46,112 nt of DNA from a virus (lineage: Duplodnaviria; Caudoviricetes): positions 1 through 46,112 of the IMG/VR virus record IMGVR_UViG_3300022309_000010; one strand, written 5' to 3'. The first letter of the stretch is position 1, and each line of letters opens with the position of its first letter. The notes below the pieces were generated by a model. It was not told the DNA's origin and made no database searches. It was given only the letters and a program-made list of their open reading frames with translations. A program made the translations under genes and the position numbers. Below are positions 45,001 through 46,112 of this stretch, one piece after another.

Positions 45001-46112
45001 TTTCATGGCCGCAATCAACCGATCAAAATGTTGTTGGTTATCGCGTCTTGTGGATTAGGGGACTAGCTCACAGGACGCCAAACGTGCACGAAGTACCGCG
45101 AAGAAGTGAAACATCTGTATGGATTGGCCCTGTCGTTGATGGCGAATCTTATCTTATCGGAGTTGTTGGAGTAAACGCGCACGGTGAAACGGGGTCGATG
45201 CTAAGGTGGACCATTCACACCGTCTTAGGCAAATCTGTTCCACCAACAAATATCACCGGCGCATCGGTAACAGGTAACAGTCGCGGAATAACTGTAAAAG
45301 TTACCGCAGCACAAATGCCGTCTGATCCCGATTTGAAAGCATTAGCTATTTACACATCCGCCACAAACGGCCGAGCAGCAGCGACAGAATACGCACGTTA
45401 TGATGTTTTCCCAAGCTCGCCGTTTGAGGTGACATTACCAATCGCGACAGGGCAAGCAAGATTCTTTTGGTTCAAAACTGTAGATACGAGCAAAAATCTA
45501 TCTACTCTGTTTTTCCCCAACACAACGACATCGACTTACACCACGGCAGCGACGGCGGCAAACGCGCTAACTGATTTGGTGTATAACGACCTAACGCCTA
45601 TCGAGAATTTACGCCCTGCTGAACCTGGCGCGGACGTAACAAAAGACCAGCCAGAGGTTTACAACAACGATGCCGGGTTTCGAGAAACTTGGGAGCGTGC
45701 AGATAGTATTATCCAGTGGCAGAACTACTCTGGCGCTGGCGAAATAAGCAGATTACAGTTAAGCGACGCCGTAACTGGCGGTTATGTTTTAAGAGTTGGA
45801 AATAATGCTGGCGACGATCAAGCTTGGCTGGTTAGTCGGACATCGATTCCGTTTGAGCCTACAAAATTATATAAAACCACTTTGAGGATTAGGCGCACGG
45901 CAGGGACCGGAATTGCTGCGGCTGGTTTTTTTGGTGTAGCGGCGGATGGAGTGACGCTGGTAAATACAACTGGAGCAAATTCAGTCGCCAGTCAGCACTA
46001 CCACGTTGGGGATAGCTTAGGGCCGGGGGCGTCATGGTCCGTGTACACCGGATACACTCAGGGCAAGGGCACGCCGAATGGAACTAGCACCGTTGGCACA
46101 TTAATAAATCCG
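42048..46112 (+). CDS. large tail-tip/host-specificity protein (continues across the junction to 1313; about 1747 aa)
   Basis: ATGA overlap; MRTFNDNFEAKK...; no stop in the segments I read and no terminated + ORF in the track; FN3-like domain near 45000-45260 (VSWP...GYRV.W...Y...V.GVN..G). Confidence 0.88.
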   Translation, partial: MRTFNDNFEAKKNAGQLKLRLAMRVDFNSNFTDPVWFTSHADTSVPGGADVIHDVLASGIVKSHSLEKIASIGGGNVIIADRNNLVHNKFRAKLQAGKGLRAKRVTMYLGFSGDSFSSYEKMGTYQFANLTESLNGYKLQLKDIYRKLKDKTLFTPVVTNLSNHILADIVASDLSFAAADKSINSVNTKLDVYNGRVGQKIYVQGTTSNNGHFTIASVAANKITFTETIVNESAGNEFILQQGTIDVYDTSKYDLFAHDGNYEDLPNKEVVYFQIEKEIISAEVISPGKFDKCRKGVLGTKSVEHIINATADNGNKIEVKSVAYMQGPIAKLRLAVLQREIPNQPGKVLPISWTVDIDPDQLDEASFTSIGSDLWDTATDKGRIGRFIFTSSVSAKELFEIYFSDMDNCWMSINSSGEYVLERRVSVTDTAAYVDILDDSNIKEGRELSYDAEDVRNHIEVNWHKSLLDGQFRRKNTYLLSQSITTHQQTDPLVVDLHGAYGGADSRQTLANVVSALAQKYANPPRRITLNLLPMMMHLNVGDIVKLRTSKVRDFSGTTTTIDRQFEIIETSLNIETLEVTVTLEGTSGNVGPAIIDDYSNALPDSFYGAIAAGTGIWSGRNLVSSLPGYSAGTLSTASTMTGGSTFMSGVWYHDGDLNISAGVISNNVLLIVKGHLTISGTFTGKGRGLAGRSGVASVDSYALLKGESGGFGHTTQGSGIDYIAQSDNIWSSSSLRRKFWVSSRGGWPFFTPGTYSQVPHFNIEWNGTELTGMPTDLRGTSGGQGYGVARRVINDTSETLYGSAGGAGGAALATLSRGMSFAGSGKIDLSGNDGAAPSYLEKNAWAPRIYAGAGAGGYNGAWLCQIDGTSNSTPEINDATFIAETGNYGAQVNVGFRPPKISQFGGYTDVGAYENLTFAGTYEPAAKSINTSSSFRLQFINQNIAKEVTEVEVPSAIIGVSCNSGTNYLERSSSTGQVNSYIGVSWPQSTDQNVVGYRVLWIRGLAHRTPNVHEVPRRSETSVWIGPVVDGESYLIGVVGVNAHGETGSMLRWTIHTVLGKSVPPTNITGASVTGNSRGITVKVTAAQMPSDPDLKALAIYTSATNGRAAATEYARYDVFPSSPFEVTLPIATGQARFFWFKTVDTSKNLSTLFFPNTTTSTYTTAATAANALTDLVYNDLTPIENLRPAEPGADVTKDQPEVYNNDAGFRETWERADSIIQWQNYSGAGEISRLQLSDAVTGGYVLRVGNNAGDDQAWLVSRTSIPFEPTKLYKTTLRIRRTAGTGIAAAGFFGVAADGVTLVNTTGANSVASQHYHVGDSLGPGASWSVYTGYTQGKGTPNGTSTVGTLINP
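45987..46112. repeat. 126-bp terminal direct repeat, right copy
   Basis: identical to 9-134. Confidence 0.97.

Noticed and set aside
42048-46112. Apparent 4-kb non-coding region, or a diversity-generating retroelement target
   Set aside because: It is one unterminated ORF. No reverse transcriptase or template/variable repeat pair was seen.

Overview
The window is almost certainly one complete, circularly permuted tailed-phage (siphovirus-like) genome of about 45,978 bp, because bases 9-134 are repeated exactly at 45987-46112. The lambdoid-like layout is: tail-tip end and lysis genes (1-6.1 kb, +); a long leftward early operon (6.1-18.8 kb, -) with DNA methyltransferase, beta clamp, resolvase-like nuclease, CsrA-like protein, SSB, annealing protein, exonuclease and SleB hydrolase; Cro-like and replication genes (19-24.3 kb, +); a leftward cluster with its own promoters (24.3-27.5 kb, -); then packaging, head and tail genes (27.6-46.1 kb, +). 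I found no integrase, CI-type repressor, tRNA or CRISPR array. Best candidate for a new system: an integron-type cassette array at 6.57-9.30 kb. It has three complete attC hairpins, one half attC and three collapsed mini-sites, and each cassette start is complementary to its own end. The cassette genes are antisense to the attC sites, and the genome encodes no integron integrase. Second: a CsrA-like domain fused to a gapless, ~30% identical copy of part of the phage's own tape-measure protein. Also present: a LAGLIDADG intein in the terminase Walker A motif, a frameshifted portal gene, a -1 tail-chaperone frameshift, and a ~1747-aa tail-tip protein that crosses the window ends and is mostly missing from the ORF track. 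Product calls come from motif recognition and gene order only; no searches were run.
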